A stretch of 64,000 bases of DNA from Somniosus microcephalus. Lineage: Eukaryota. Position 1 is the first letter of the stretch, and the number at the start of each line of letters is the position of its first letter. This document shows positions 63,530-64,000 of this stretch, piece by piece. The stretch lies in the NCBI GenBank assembly GCA_052327205.1, contig CM126220.1, forward strand, positions 52,018,001 through 52,082,000, read 5' to 3'. A model generated the notes under the pieces. The model did no database searches. It worked only from the letters and a program-made list of their open reading frames with translations, and was not told the DNA's origin. The position numbers and the translations under genes were made by a program.

Positions 63530-63966
63530 AAAAAAAATTCAGTCACGTGAAATGGGCGCTGCTGTCAGGGCAAGTTATTGCCCATCCCTCCTTGCCCTAA
63601 GAAGGTGGTGGTGAGCCTTCTACTTGATCTGCAAGATTTTTTTTGTTTTTGTAATGGTTTGATGCAACTGAGTGGCTTGCTCGGCCACTTCAGAGAGCAG
63701 TTAAGAGTCAACCGCTTTGGTGTGGGGCTGGAGTCACATATAGACCAGACTGGGTAACAACCGCAGGTTTACTTCCCTAAAAGACAATCGAGAACCAGCA
63801 GATTTTTTAAGACAATCTTGACAGCCCTGTGGTCACGTTTACTGGGAGCATCTTTTTATTTCCAGATTTTTCTAAACGGAGTTCAAATTCTCAAACTGCC
63901 ATGGTTGGATTTGAACTCGTGTTGTCTGGATTATACTGGTCCAGTAACATAACCACAACAGTACCT
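63530..63966 (-). mobile_element. Near full-length tRNA-derived SINE with a LINE-derived tail
   Basis: Minus strand: A-box-like GTGGTTATGTTACTGG, B-box GAGTTCAAATCC, then a tail matching the LINE end at 9369-9460. Confidence 0.78.
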
Positions 63967-64000
63967 TATCACCTCGCGGCTCTGTCACTGGGCTGCCCTG

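Noticed and set aside
1-64000. CRISPR arrays, operons, rRNA or genuine tRNA genes
   Set aside because: This is vertebrate intronic DNA with no regularly spaced repeats; the tRNA-like boxes belong to SINE heads.

Overview
Eukaryotic, repeat-rich vertebrate DNA; the repeat complement (Deu-type SINE, CR1 and L2 LINEs, Penelope fragments) points to a shark or other cartilaginous fish (inference). The window lies inside one large + strand gene, FBXW8 (F-box/WD40 substrate adaptor of CUL7). Three internal coding exons (6707-6864, 32897-33093, 43130-43348) splice in frame across introns of about 26.0 kb and 10.0 kb; the flanking exons were not found in the window. The introns hold CR1 and L2 LINE fragments, an RTE-like relic, tRNA-derived SINEs, Penelope fragments, TA-flanked pogo/Tigger-like MITEs and many PIF/Harbinger-like MITEs with 3-bp TSDs, several of them nested. 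Almost all ORF-track entries are TE fragments or noise. The most interesting signals are minimal hammerhead ribozyme cores in Penelope termini (all antisense to the host), a MITE family carrying tandem RFX X-box palindromes with a micro-inversion in one copy, inverted TE pairs bracketing single exons, a CpG-rich MITE with a CRE-centred palindrome, and a perfect 42-bp palindrome. I cannot demonstrate a wholly new biological system from sequence alone. Comparisons with human FBXW8 and with repeat consensuses are from memory, not database searches.
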